Positions 18,184 through 26,754 of a stretch of 55,776 nt of DNA are shown here, one piece after another (position 1 is the first letter of the stretch; every line of letters starts with the position of its first letter). Made by a program: the position numbers and the translations under genes. The notes below the pieces were generated by a model. The model saw nothing but the letters and a program-made list of their open reading frames with translations, did no database searches and had not been told where the DNA came from. The DNA lies in assembly GCA_051006395.1 (NCBI GenBank), contig JBPCTG010000074.1, positions 1 to 55,776 of the forward strand. Direction: 5' to 3'. This DNA is from Candidatus Limnocylindrus sp. (lineage in GTDB: Bacteria; Chloroflexota; Limnocylindria; Limnocylindrales; Limnocylindraceae).

Positions 18184-18460
18184 CACGACGCACCGCAGCC
18201 ATCGCACCTGCGTCGCGTGCAGGCGCATCGGTGACACGAGCCAGATGGTGCGAATCTCTCGTGCTGGGAACGGCGGCCTGCAGATCGGTGCCAGCGGAGG
18301 ACGTGGAGCATGGATCTGTGCCAGGGATGAGGCGATTGACGTTGCGGCGACGACCGCCTCGCTCTCGCGGGCGCTGCGAGGAAAGGTTGAACGAGAAGAG
18401 ATTGAGCGGTTGAACGAATCGTTGCGTGAGCGACGAGCGACGGAGAGGAGGGGAGCATGA
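18113..18460 (+). CDS. ylxR: YlxR/RnpM family (DUF448) RNA-binding protein
   Basis: RTCVACRR...GRGAWICA motif, in the conserved position between nusA and infB. The only canonical in-frame starts (ATG 18113, GTG 18119, TTG 18131) all lie inside nusA. Confidence 0.8.
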   Translation: MKVGRWLPPQRRTRATHSQWARRSTTHRSHRTCVACRRIGDTSQMVRISRAGNGGLQIGASGGRGAWICARDEAIDVAATTASLSRALRGKVEREEIERLNESLRERRATERRGA

Positions 18461-20346
18461 CGAAGCAACGGAAGAGCAATCGACCCGTCCGTCCAGAGCG
18501 CGGCGCCCCAGAGCCCCGCGCTCCTCGTCCAATCACTCCTCAAGACCCCTCTCAGGTGCTGGTGCTTCCGAGTTCGATCACCGTCGGTGCGCTCGCGCAG
18601 CTACTGCGCGTAAACCCAGCTGACATCATCAATCCGTTGATTCGGAGCGGTGTCTTCGCCACCATGAACCAGGGTGTCGATCGCGAGACGGCCTCGCTGA
18701 TCGCAACCGAGCTCGGATTCAACGTTGCCGAGCCTGAGCCAGAGACCGCTGAAGCTGAACCGAGCGAGGCGCCAGCGGCGCCGCCTCCAGCGACCAAGGA
18801 GACGCTCTTCGAAGAGGACCCGAACGCCACCCTCGTAACTCGTGCGCCGATCGTCACGGTGATGGGCCACGTTGACCACGGAAAGACGAGCCTCCTCGAC
18901 GCGCTGCGTAAGACGACTGTTGCAGCGGGCGAGCGCGGAGGGATTACGCAACATCTTGGCGCGAGCGAGGTGAAGCGCGGCGATCGGAGCATCCTCTTCC
19001 TCGACACGCCGGGTCACGAGGCCTTCACCGCGATGCGGGCGCGTGGCGCGCGGGTTACTGACATCGCCGTTGTGGTGGTCGCTGCGGACGATGGCGTCAT
19101 GCCGCAGACAAAGGAGGCGATCAGCCACGCGCGCGCTGCGAAGGTGCCGATCATCATCGCCCTCAACAAGATCGACAAACCTGACGCGAATCCTGATCGC
19201 GTGAAGACCGAACTCGCCGAGGCGAACGTGGTGATCGAGGCGTACGGCGGTGATGTGCCGCTCGTGGCGGTCTCCGCGCGCTCAGGCGCTGGCCTCGATG
19301 AACTTCTCGACATGATCCTGCTCGTCGCCGACATGGGCGACTACCGCGCCGATCCGAAGCGTCCCGCTGTGGGCACCGTGATCGAGGCGCGACGCGACAA
19401 GGGGCGTGGCCCGGTCGCTACCGTGATCGTTCAAACTGGAACTCTTAAGGTCGGCGACAGCGTCGTTGCCGGCGGGGTCGCCGGTCGCGTCCGCTCACTG
19501 GAGAACGCCGACGGGGTACGGATCAAGCTCTCCGGCCCCTCGAGCGTCGCAGTAGTTTCAGGTCTCCCCGAGGTCCCCGATAGCGGCGACATCCTGCGTG
19601 TGGTCGCGGACGAGCGCGAGGCGCGCGAGATCGCCGAACGCTTCCGCGACAATGCCGCGAGTGGGCGAGATGGGGGCGGACACGCCACGATGGAAGAACT
19701 CTACCAGCGCATTCAGTCGGGCCAGGGGAAAGAGGTTCGCGTCATCCTCAAGTCCGACGTCTCCGGCTCTCTCGACGCAATCGTCCACCAACTCGAGAAG
19801 TTGCAGGGCGACGAGGTTCGGATCAACGTCCTACATGCCTCTGCTGGCGAGGTCACCGAGAACGACATCCTCCTCGCCTCCGCCTCGGACGCTGTTATCC
19901 TCGGATTCACGACCACGTTGACCCCAGGTGCCCGCCGCATGGCCGACGCCGAAAAGGTTGACGTGCGCCTCTACGAGATCATCTACGAGCTTGCCGACGA
20001 CATGCGAGCTGCCATCGAAGGGATGCTCGACCCAGAGAAGTCCGAGGTCGTTGAGGGTCGCGCCGAGGTAAAGCAGCTCTTCGATGTCGGCAAGGGGATC
20101 ATCATCGCCGGCTGCATCGTGCGCGAGGGGCGCGTCACGCGCGGCGCCAAGGTGCGCATCCTCCGTGGCGGGTCGCTGGCCGGGGGCGATGTGGTCGAAT
20201 CGCTCCGCCGCTTCCGCGACGATGTACGCGAGGTGAAAGAGGGCATGGAGTGCGGCATCGGCCTTGGGCCAGGCATCGAGCTGCGTGAGGGCGACATCCT
20301 AGAGATTATCGGTGAGCAGTCGACCCGGAGAACCCTCGCGCAATGA
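18457..20346 (+). CDS. infB: Translation initiation factor IF-2
   Basis: ATGA overlap with ylx[31 protein letters not shown]. Confidence 0.96.
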   Translation: MTKQRKSNRPVRPERGAPEPRAPRPITPQDPSQVLVLPSSITVGALAQLLRVNPADIINPLIRSGVFATMNQGVDRETASLIATELGFNVAEPEPETAEAEPSEAPAAPPPATKETLFEEDPNATLVTRAPIVTVMGHVDHGKTSLLDALRKTTVAAGERGGITQHLGASEVKRGDRSILFLDTPGHEAFTAMRARGARVTDIAVVVVAADDGVMPQTKEAISHARAAKVPIIIALNKIDKPDANPDRVKTELAEANVVIEAYGGDVPLVAVSARSGAGLDELLDMILLVADMGDYRADPKRPAVGTVIEARRDKGRGPVATVIVQTGTLKVGDSVVAGGVAGRVRSLENADGVRIKLSGPSSVAVVSGLPEVPDSGDILRVVADEREAREIAERFRDNAASGRDGGGHATMEELYQRIQSGQGKEVRVILKSDVSGSLDAIVHQLEKLQGDEVRINVLHASAGEVTENDILLASASDAVILGFTTTLTPGARRMADAEKVDVRLYEIIYELADDMRAAIEGMLDPEKSEVVEGRAEVKQLFDVGKGIIIAGCIVREGRVTRGAKVRILRGGSLAGGDVVESLRRFRDDVREVKEGMECGIGLGPGIELREGDILEIIGEQSTRRTLAQ

Positions 20347-20768
20347 GCGAGCGCATGCCGCGCGTCGACGAGTTGCTCCGAGAGGAGATCGGCACGCTCG
20401 TCTCCTCTTCGATGAGCGACCCACGCCTCGGGTTCGTCACGATCATCTCCGTCGAAACGACTCCAGACTTGCGTCACGCGAAGGTCTTCGTGAGCCTCAT
20501 CGGCTCCGAGGAGCAGCAGGCCGCATCACTCGCTGCGCTGCGCAGCGCGGTTCCGTTCTTGCGTACAAAGATCTCAAAGGGGCTGCGGATCAAGCGCGTC
20601 CCCGCCCTCCATTTCGCGATCGACGAGAGCGGTCTGCGCGGCGCTCGCATTCAGCAGCTGCTCGGGAGCCTCGCCGATGGCGAGACCGCTCACCCAACGG
20701 AGCTCGCGCCGCTCCCTGAGCCGACGCCACGAAGTGGACGCGTGAAGGTGGCGCCCGATGCAGAGTGA
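20343..20768 (+). CDS. rbfA: Ribosome-binding factor A
   Basis: ATGA overlap with infB. RVDELLREEI...FVTIISVETTPDLRHAKVFVS. Confidence 0.93.
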   Translation: MSERMPRVDELLREEIGTLVSSSMSDPRLGFVTIISVETTPDLRHAKVFVSLIGSEEQQAASLAALRSAVPFLRTKISKGLRIKRVPALHFAIDESGLRGARIQQLLGSLADGETAHPTELAPLPEPTPRSGRVKVAPDAE

Positions 20769-21819
20769 GCGACACGCAGAGGCAATAGCGCGCGCCGCCG
20801 CCACCCTTGCGCCGGTAGCAGCCGCGGTTGTCCCAGCGGCGCTCGTTGCCCTTCTCATTGGAGCGCGGCGCGTGTGGATCACGCCGCATGAGCGCCCCGA
20901 TGGTGATGCGCTTGGCGCCGCACTCGCACTCCAGGCGATCCTGGAACAGCGCGGCGCCGAGGTCGCGGTGATCAGCGCCGACGCCCCGGCGGCAGTCTAC
21001 GACGTGATTCCAACGATCGGTCGCGTGCTGCGCACCGCACCCGCCTGGGAGCCAGACGCGGCCATCCTCGTCGACTGTGCCGATCCGGCACGAGCGGGGA
21101 GCGCAGGGGCGTTGGTGGCTGCACTGCCTGCAACGACACCGCGGGCGATCCTCGATCACCACGTCTCGAATCACTCCGACGCGCCGACGGCATGGATCGA
21201 CCCGACCGCCGCCGCAACGTGCGAGATGGTCACCCTCCTTGGCATCGCACTTGGCGCCGATCTTGCGGCCGATAATGGGTCAATCGCTTCGGCACTCGGT
21301 GCGGGCTTGATCATGGACACGGCAACGTTCCAGCACGGCAACACGACCCCACGTACGTTGCAAGTTGCCGCGCTTCTGCTGGCGGCAGGGGCGCCGCTCA
21401 GCGAGATCTCCCGCCGCCTCTATCGCTCACGACCGCTTTCGCAGTTGCAGCTCCATGCACGCGTGCTTGGGCGCGTCGAACGCAGCGATGCTGGTCGTAC
21501 TGTTTGGGCGGCACTATCATTCGCGGATCTAGCGGCGACGGGATCGACCGTCGAAGAGAGCGAGGGGATCGTCGATGCGCTCGCGCAGGTGGTTGAGGCA
21601 GACGTCGCTCTTTTCCTCAAGGAAGACGGACCGACGGCCACGCGCCTCTCCATTCGCACAAAGGAGCTGGGACCTGATGCGACGAAGATTGCAGCGGTCT
21701 TCGGCGGCGGCGGTCACGCACGCGCTGCTGGCGCGACCATCGCCTTGCCGCTCGCGGAGGCGAGCGGTGCTGCGTTGAAGGCCGTCGCCGAGCTCCGCGC
21801 TGGCGCCAGCGCGTCGTAA
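20758..21819 (+). CDS. nrnA: DHH/DHHA1 phosphoesterase (NrnA-like oligoribonuclease/pAp phosphatase)
   Basis: HERPDGDALGA, ILDHHVSN, DHHA1 GGGGHARAAGA. This is the usual position between rbfA and truB. The start is uncertain. Confidence 0.83.
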   Translation: MQSERHAEAIARAAATLAPVAAAVVPAALVALLIGARRVWITPHERPDGDALGAALALQAILEQRGAEVAVISADAPAAVYDVIPTIGRVLRTAPAWEPDAAILVDCADPARAGSAGALVAALPATTPRAILDHHVSNHSDAPTAWIDPTAAATCEMVTLLGIALGADLAADNGSIASALGAGLIMDTATFQHGNTTPRTLQVAALLLAAGAPLSEISRRLYRSRPLSQLQLHARVLGRVERSDAGRTVWAALSFADLAATGSTVEESEGIVDALAQVVEADVALFLKEDGPTATRLSIRTKELGPDATKIAAVFGGGGHARAAGATIALPLAEASGAALKAVAELRAGASAS

Positions 21820-21821
21820 CC

Positions 21822-22796
21822 GTGGCGCGTCGTCGCCCGAGCACGCCCGGCATCGACGGGCTGCTACTCGTCGATAAGCCGAGCGGTCCAACGAGCCACG
21901 ATGTGGTTGCGAAGGTTCGCCGCCTTGCTGGACAGCCGCGCATCGGTCACGGCGGAACTCTCGATCCATTTGCAACGGGGCTGCTCGTGCTCCTTCTCGG
22001 CAAGGCAACCCGCCTCGCCGGACTGCACCTTGGCGGCGCCAAGCACTATCACGCAACCTTCTCGTTCGGCGGCGCTACGACCACCGATGACCTCGATGGC
22101 GAACGCCTCGGTACAGCTGGGGCTCCGCCAACGCGCGCGATGGTTGAGTCGTTGCTGCCACGCTTTCGCGGCGCACTTGAACAGATCCCACCGAGCCACT
22201 CGGCGAAACGCCTTGACGGAGTTCGCGCTTACGAGCTCGCACGCGCCGGGGAGATCGTGGCGCTTGCACCGCGTGCCGTAGAGGTACGGCGCTTTGATCT
22301 AACGAGTTGGGACGACTCCCGCGCCGACGAGCCGCTGATGAAGGCCGACCTTGAGGTGAGCTCCGGTACATACATTCGCGCGTTGGCACGCGACCTCGGT
22401 GCCGCTGCGGGGTCGGGGGCCCATCTCGTTGCCCTTCGACGCGTCGGTTCAGGAGACTTTGACGTTGGTGCGGCGCACTCCATGGAGTCGATAGCCCTCG
22501 CTGCCTTGGAGCGACGCATGCCGAATCTCCTGCTGCCGCTCGATGCTGGCCTCGGCGGTATCCCCGCGCTTGAGGTGGCAACTGCGGCGCTGCCACTCCT
22601 TGCCGACGGGGCGACGATGAACAGCGCGCAACTTTCGGCACGCCCGAGCGGACTTCTCGACGGAGAGCTCGTACGCCTCGTCGCTGATGGGGAGCTCGTC
22701 GCGCTTGCTCGCGCCACCGCAACAGGCGCCCAGCCAGAGCGCGTTTTCATCGACGCACGATCCGAGGGCGCACGATCCGAGGCGCCACTGCCGTGA
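21822..22796 (+). CDS. truB: tRNA pseudouridine55 synthase TruB
   Basis: GLLLVDKPSGPTSHDVV, GHGGTLDPFATG. Confidence 0.93.
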   Translation: MARRRPSTPGIDGLLLVDKPSGPTSHDVVAKVRRLAGQPRIGHGGTLDPFATGLLVLLLGKATRLAGLHLGGAKHYHATFSFGGATTTDDLDGERLGTAGAPPTRAMVESLLPRFRGALEQIPPSHSAKRLDGVRAYELARAGEIVALAPRAVEVRRFDLTSWDDSRADEPLMKADLEVSSGTYIRALARDLGAAAGSGAHLVALRRVGSGDFDVGAAHSMESIALAALERRMPNLLLPLDAGLGGIPALEVATAALPLLADGATMNSAQLSARPSGLLDGELVRLVADGELVALARATATGAQPERVFIDARSEGARSEAPLP

Positions 22797-23674
22797 GCAT
22801 TCCGCCGCGCGTCATCGGCTGGGAGGAGCTGGAGTCCCGCGACCTTGACCCCCTCCGTGCAACCGGCACAGTGGTGACGATCGGGATCTTCGACGGGCTC
22901 CACCGCGGCCATCAACGCCTCCTGAGTGCGGCGGCCCGCCTCGCCGCCGCCTCGGGGCTGCAGCGACTGCACATCGGCTTCGATCCGCACCCGGACCTGC
23001 TGCTCCGCGGTAGCCTGCCGCCCCGCCTCCTCGACGATGTCGAGCTGGACCTCCGCCTCGCCGACGCGGGAGTTGACCGGCTGCTCGAGCTCCCCTTTGA
23101 CGCTGCGATGCGGGAGACCCCCTGGGAGGATTTCCTGGCCCGCCTCGTTGTGGGGGGTGGGGCGCGCAGCCTCGTCCTCTCGCCCGAATCTGCCTTCGGC
23201 AAGGGTCGTGAAGGGACCCTACCGCGCATACGTGCCTGGGGCGGCGGCCTCGGGCTGCAGGTCCACCCCGTCGCCGTGGCGCGGGCGGGCGGGACCGCCA
23301 TCAGCAGCACTCGCATCAGGGGCGCGATCGCGTCGGGCGATCTTGCCGGGGCGGCCCAAATGCTGGGGCGCCCCCACGCCGTCTCAGGACGCCTGAGGGG
23401 GTCTACCCTGCATCTTGAGGGGGGCCCAGAGGGGTTCGCCCTTCCGCCGGCGGGGGAGTATCGCCTCCGCCTTGGACACGCTGCACGGGTCGTGGGGCGC
23501 CTCCCGCTCACGGGACGCCTGGCCACGGGGCGCCTCGACCCCCGCACCGCCACCATCGAACTCCCCTCCGTCGCCCTCGAGGGTCGAGCAAGAGGGGTCG
23601 GCCGTGACGCCGAGCGGCTCGAAGATGGGGGGCAACTCCGCGCGGCCCTCCTCGCTGGACGGGTCGGCGCCTGA
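22793..23674 (+). CDS. ribF: FAD synthetase (RibF-like) with a divergent C-terminal module
   Basis: GTGA overlap with truB. The FMN adenylyltransferase motifs VVTIGIFDGLHRGHQRLL and ISSTRIR are present. The C-terminal ~100 aa lack the usual riboflavin kinase motifs. Confidence 0.8.
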   Translation: MSIPPRVIGWEELESRDLDPLRATGTVVTIGIFDGLHRGHQRLLSAAARLAAASGLQRLHIGFDPHPDLLLRGSLPPRLLDDVELDLRLADAGVDRLLELPFDAAMRETPWEDFLARLVVGGGARSLVLSPESAFGKGREGTLPRIRAWGGGLGLQVHPVAVARAGGTAISSTRIRGAIASGDLAGAAQMLGRPHAVSGRLRGSTLHLEGGPEGFALPPAGEYRLRLGHAARVVGRLPLTGRLATGRLDPRTATIELPSVALEGRARGVGRDAERLEDGGQLRAALLAGRVGA

Positions 23675-23678
23675 TCGC

Positions 23679-23684
23679 TACCCT
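23679..23684 (+). promoter_or_regulatory. Possible -10 hexamer (TACCCT) for rpsO
   Basis: TANNNT match 5 nt after the ribF stop. It would give a ~65-nt leader containing the palindrome GGGCGCCC. Confidence 0.2.
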
Positions 23685-23755
23685 AGGAATCATCCACGAA
23701 GAATGTGAGAAGCACGGGCGCCCAATGGGGCCCGAGAAGACAGGAGAGATACGCC

Positions 23756-24025
23756 TTGCCCCTCGACACCACAACCACCCAGCGGATCGTCGCTGAGAAC
23801 GGGCGACACGCCGGAGACACTGGCTCCGCCGAGGTCCAGATCGCACTCCTTTCGGAGCGGATCGAAGGCCTCACCCGCCACCTTCAGACGTTCAAGCAGG
23901 ACAATCACTCGCGCCGCGGGCTCCTCAAGCTCGTTGGTCAGCGACGCCGCCTGCTGACATTCCTCAAGCGTGAAGATGGAGCGCGCCACGCCGCGCTCAC
24001 CGAGAAGCTCGGACTTCGCCGCTAA
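23756..24025 (+). CDS. rpsO: 30S ribosomal protein S15
   Basis: TTG 23756 with AGGAGAG 7-8 nt upstream gives the canonical 89 aa (…[17 protein letters not shown]…[17 protein letters not shown]). Confidence 0.93.
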   Translation: MPLDTTTTQRIVAENGRHAGDTGSAEVQIALLSERIEGLTRHLQTFKQDNHSRRGLLKLVGQRRRLLTFLKREDGARHAALTEKLGLRR

Positions 24026-24034
24026 CCACCCCCT

Positions 24035-24048
24035 CCAGCTTCGGCTGG
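24035..24048 (+). promoter_or_regulatory. UUCG-tetraloop hairpin in the rpsO-pnp spacer
   Basis: CCAGC-TTCG-GCTGG 10 nt after the rpsO stop, followed by the palindrome CCACGTGG (24052-24059). No T-tract. Confidence 0.3.
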
Positions 24049-24097
24049 TACCCACGTGGCTGACGCGCCGTAGTGCGCGAGCCTGACAGGAGCAGAG

Positions 24098-26692
24098 ATG
24101 AACATCACGACCGTATCCGCCGAGTTCGGCGGCCGAACACTCACGATCGAGACAGGGCGCATGGCGCGCCTCGCCGGCGGTTCCGTCACGGTGCGCTACG
24201 GCGACACCATGGTGCTTGGCACCGCGAATCGCAGCGATCCGCGCCCCGGTCTCGACTTCTTCCCAATGACGATCGAGTTCGAAGAGCGCATGTACGCGGC
24301 CGGCAAGATCCCGGGCGGCTACATCAAGCGCGAAGGACGCGCCTCCGAGAACGCGATCCTTTCGGCGCGACTCACCGACCGTCCGATCCGACCGCTCTTC
24401 CCTGAGGGGTACAAGGACGACGTACAGATCGTCATCACCGTCCTCAGCCACGACCAGGAGAACGATCCGGACATCCTCGGCACGATCGCTGCATCCGCGG
24501 CGCTCACGATCTCCGAGGTCCCATTCCTCGGGCCAATCGGCGCAGTCCGCATCGGACTGATCGACGGAGCCTTCGTGATCAATCCAACCTTTGATGAGTT
24601 GAAGGGGAGCGATCTCGACCTCGTGGTCTCCGGCACGCGCGACGCAATCATGATGGTCGAGGCAGGTGCGAACCTCATCAGCGAGGCGAAGATGGCCGAG
24701 GCGATTGAATTTGGCCACAACGCGATCAAGGATCTTGTGAAGCTCCAGGAGGAGCTCCGCGAAAAGGTCGGAAAGGCGAAGCGCGTCCCGTACATTGAGC
24801 CGAACATTGACAGCGTGCTCTCGTTCGCTGAAGCGGTGAAGAGCGGCGCATCGTTCGTGATCGTTGATACAGAGACGACCGGCCTTGACCCGAAGCTCTC
24901 CGACCTCGTTGAGGTCGCTGCAGTGAAGGTGAAGGGCGGCAAGATCACCGATCGCTGGAGCACCCTCGTGAATGCTGGGAACGAGATCGTCGGCGCCCAG
25001 ATGCACGGCTTGACGACGAAGGAGGTCGCTGGAGGGGTCGCCCCGAAGGAGGCCGCCACGAAGCTGAAGGCCTTCGCCGACGGCTCGATCCTCGTTGGCC
25101 ACAACCTCGGGTTCGATGTTGGTTTCCTTGACGAGGCGCTCGGTGCCGGCCGCAGTTTTGCTGTGGAGCAGGGGAGCTACCTCGACACCTTCGTTCTTTT
25201 CAAGGAGGCGTATCCCGAGGCTGAGTCGTACAAGCTCGGTGACCTCGCCCGTACCTTCGGCGTCGCGACGACACCGAATCATCGCGCGCTCCCCGACGCG
25301 GAGGCCACAGCTGAGCTGCTGATTGCCCTTGGCGCCGAGTTGCCCGCCCGACTCCAGACGCTGAAGAGCGAGATCGCCGACTCGATCCGCGCCGCTCGTA
25401 GCGGCAAGGGCGAACCGAAGGCAATGCTTGAGGCCGCACGCCGCAAGGCGCGCGTCGGCAAGAACCTCTTCGGCTGGGCGCATAAGAAGACCGCCCGCAA
25501 CCTCACATTGAAGGAGGGGATCCGCATGGACGGCCGCAAGGTCGACGAGATCCGCCCGATCACCGTGGAGGTGGGGCTGCTACCACGCGCACACGGCTCG
25601 GGCCTCTTCACGCGTGGCGACACGCAGGCACTAAGCGTTGCAACGCTCGGGCCTGTGACCGCAGCGCAGCGACTCGACACTGTCTCGCCAGAGACGACGA
25701 AGCGCTATCTGCATCACTACAACATGCCCCCGTACAGCACCGGCGAGAACAAGCCGATGCGCGGCCCTGGTCGACGTGAGATCGGACACGGTGCACTCGC
25801 CGAGCGAGCACTCCTTCCAGTTCTCCCATCGACGGAAGAATTCCCCTACGCGATTCGCGTCGTGTCGGAGTGCGTCACGTCGAATGGATCGACGTCGATG
25901 GCCTCTACCTGCGGCTCGAGCCTCGCACTTCTCGACGCAGGCGTGCCGATCAAGGCGCCTGTTGCAGGAGCCGCGATGGGCCTCATGTCTGAGCCCGACG
26001 GCGAGTTCATCGTGCTCACCGACATCCTCGGAAAAGAGGATGCCTTCGGCGACATGGACTTCAAGGTGACGGGGACCCGCGATGGGATCACCGCGCTACA
26101 GATGGACATCAAGGTCCTTGGGATCAACGGGAAGATCATCGCGACGGGGCTGAAGGATGCGCTCACCGCGCGCCTTGCAATCCTCGACAAGATGGAGGCG
26201 GTCATCTCGACCGCCCGACCAGAGCTCTCGGACTTCGCGCCGCGCATCACCACGCTGAAGATCAATCCGGAGAAGATCCGCGACATCATCGGCAAGGGCG
26301 GCGCAGTGATCCGCAAGATGCAGGACGATTTCCAGGTGAACATCAACGTTTCGGATGACGGGACGGTGCAGATCGCCTCGGCAGACCCGGAGCGCACCAA
26401 GGGGGTCGTCGACGCAATCAACGCGATCACCAAGGAGGTCGAGGTCGGCGCGCTCTACATGGGGAAGGTCACACGGCTGATGGGCTTCGGCGCATTCGTC
26501 GAGATCCTCCCTGGTAAGGAGGGGCTCATCCGCATCGGAGAGCTTGCCGACTACCGCGTCAACACCGTCGAAGATGAGGTCGCCGTCGGCGACGAGGTGA
26601 TGGTCATCGTCACCGAAGTCGACCGCCAGGGCCGCGTAAACCTCTCGCGCCGACAGGCAATGCAGCGCCACAAGGCGACCCCGCGCGACTGA
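24098..26692 (+). CDS. pnp: Polyribonucleotide nucleotidyltransferase (PNPase), 864 aa, with an inserted DEDDh exonuclease domain
   Basis: AGGAG Shine-Dalgarno. RNase PH domain 1 (FFPMTIEFEERMYAAGKIPGGYIKREGR) and RNase PH domain 2 (RMDGRKVDEIRPI, HGSGLFTRGDTQ, GSTSMASTCG, DMDFKV). KH (GKGGAVIRK) and S1 (GKVTRLMGFGAFVE). Confidence 0.95.
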   Translation: MNITTVSAEFGGRTLTIETGRMARLAGGSVTVRYGDTMVLGTANRSDPRPGLDFFPMTIEFEERMYAAGKIPGGYIKREGRASENAILSARLTDRPIRPLFPEGYKDDVQIVITVLSHDQENDPDILGTIAASAALTISEVPFLGPIGAVRIGLIDGAFVINPTFDELKGSDLDLVVSGTRDAIMMVEAGANLISEAKMAEAIEFGHNAIKDLVKLQEELREKVGKAKRVPYIEPNIDSVLSFAEAVKSGASFVIVDTETTGLDPKLSDLVEVAAVKVKGGKITDRWSTLVNAGNEIVGAQMHGLTTKEVAGGVAPKEAATKLKAFADGSILVGHNLGFDVGFLDEALGAGRSFAVEQGSYLDTFVLFKEAYPEAESYKLGDLARTFGVATTPNHRALPDAEATAELLIALGAELPARLQTLKSEIADSIRAARSGKGEPKAMLEAARRKARVGKNLFGWAHKKTARNLTLKEGIRMDGRKVDEIRPITVEVGLLPRAHGSGLFTRGDTQALSVATLGPVTAAQRLDTVSPETTKRYLHHYNMPPYSTGENKPMRGPGRREIGHGALAERALLPVLPSTEEFPYAIRVVSECVTSNGSTSMASTCGSSLALLDAGVPIKAPVAGAAMGLMSEPDGEFIVLTDILGKEDAFGDMDFKVTGTRDGITALQMDIKVLGINGKIIATGLKDALTARLAILDKMEAVISTARPELSDFAPRITTLKINPEKIRDIIGKGGAVIRKMQDDFQVNINVSDDGTVQIASADPERTKGVVDAINAITKEVEVGALYMGKVTRLMGFGAFVEILPGKEGLIRIGELADYRVNTVEDEVAVGDEVMVIVTEVDRQGRVNLSRRQAMQRHKATPRD
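24845..25333 (+). other. DEDDh 3'-5' exonuclease domain (DnaQ/RNase T-like) nested in the PNPase all-alpha linker (about aa 250-412)
   Basis: Exo I FVIVDTETTGL (D257, E259). Exo II ILVGHNLGFDVGFL (D340). Exo III NHRALPDAEATAEL (H395, D400). It is in frame with the flanking PNPase sequence. Confidence 0.75.
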
Positions 26693-26713
26693 GACCGCAG
26701 GGTTAAGAGGGTC

Positions 26714-26742
26714 GAGGCGGTCGGGGGCGACCCCGCCGCCTC
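26714..26742 (+). terminator. Strong GC hairpin after pnp (possible terminator without a T-tract)
   Basis: GAGGCGG(t)CGGGG-GCGA-CCCCGCCGCCTC: 12 bp, one bulge, GNRA loop, 22 nt after the pnp stop. Confidence 0.45.
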
Positions 26743-26748
26743 TATACT
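26743..26748 (+). promoter_or_regulatory. Candidate -10 hexamer TATACT for a leaderless asd transcript
   Basis: TATACT-ccccgc-ATG: a 6-nt spacer to asd ATG 26755, with no Shine-Dalgarno. Confidence 0.4.
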
Positions 26749-26754
26749 CCCCGC

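Noticed and set aside
16843-18543. 566-aa ORF on the minus strand, antisense to nusA/ylxR. Similar long antisense ORFs occur at 23690-25483, 12823-13995, 240-1061 and 8810-9736.
   Set aside because: These are typical GC-rich shadow ORFs. They have Arg/Ala/Ser/Pro/Gly-dominated composition and no recognisable motifs. Each is fully covered by a strongly conserved gene on the other strand.
22926-23708. Frameshift as an explanation for the divergent RibF C-terminus
   Set aside because: The alternative-frame ORFs (22926-23396 and 23415-23708) translate to Arg/Ser/Pro-rich sequence without riboflavin kinase motifs. Frameshifting therefore does not restore a canonical domain.
24845-25333. Whether the PNPase insertion could be an intein, a mobile element or an assembly join
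   Set aside because: There are no intein splice-junction residues (no Cys/Ser/Thr at the N-junction and no His-Asn plus nucleophile at the C-junction). There are no flanking repeats. The frame and codon style are continuous. Instead the insert carries the ordered Exo I/II/III motifs of a DEDDh nuclease. Assembly chimerism cannot be excluded without reads.
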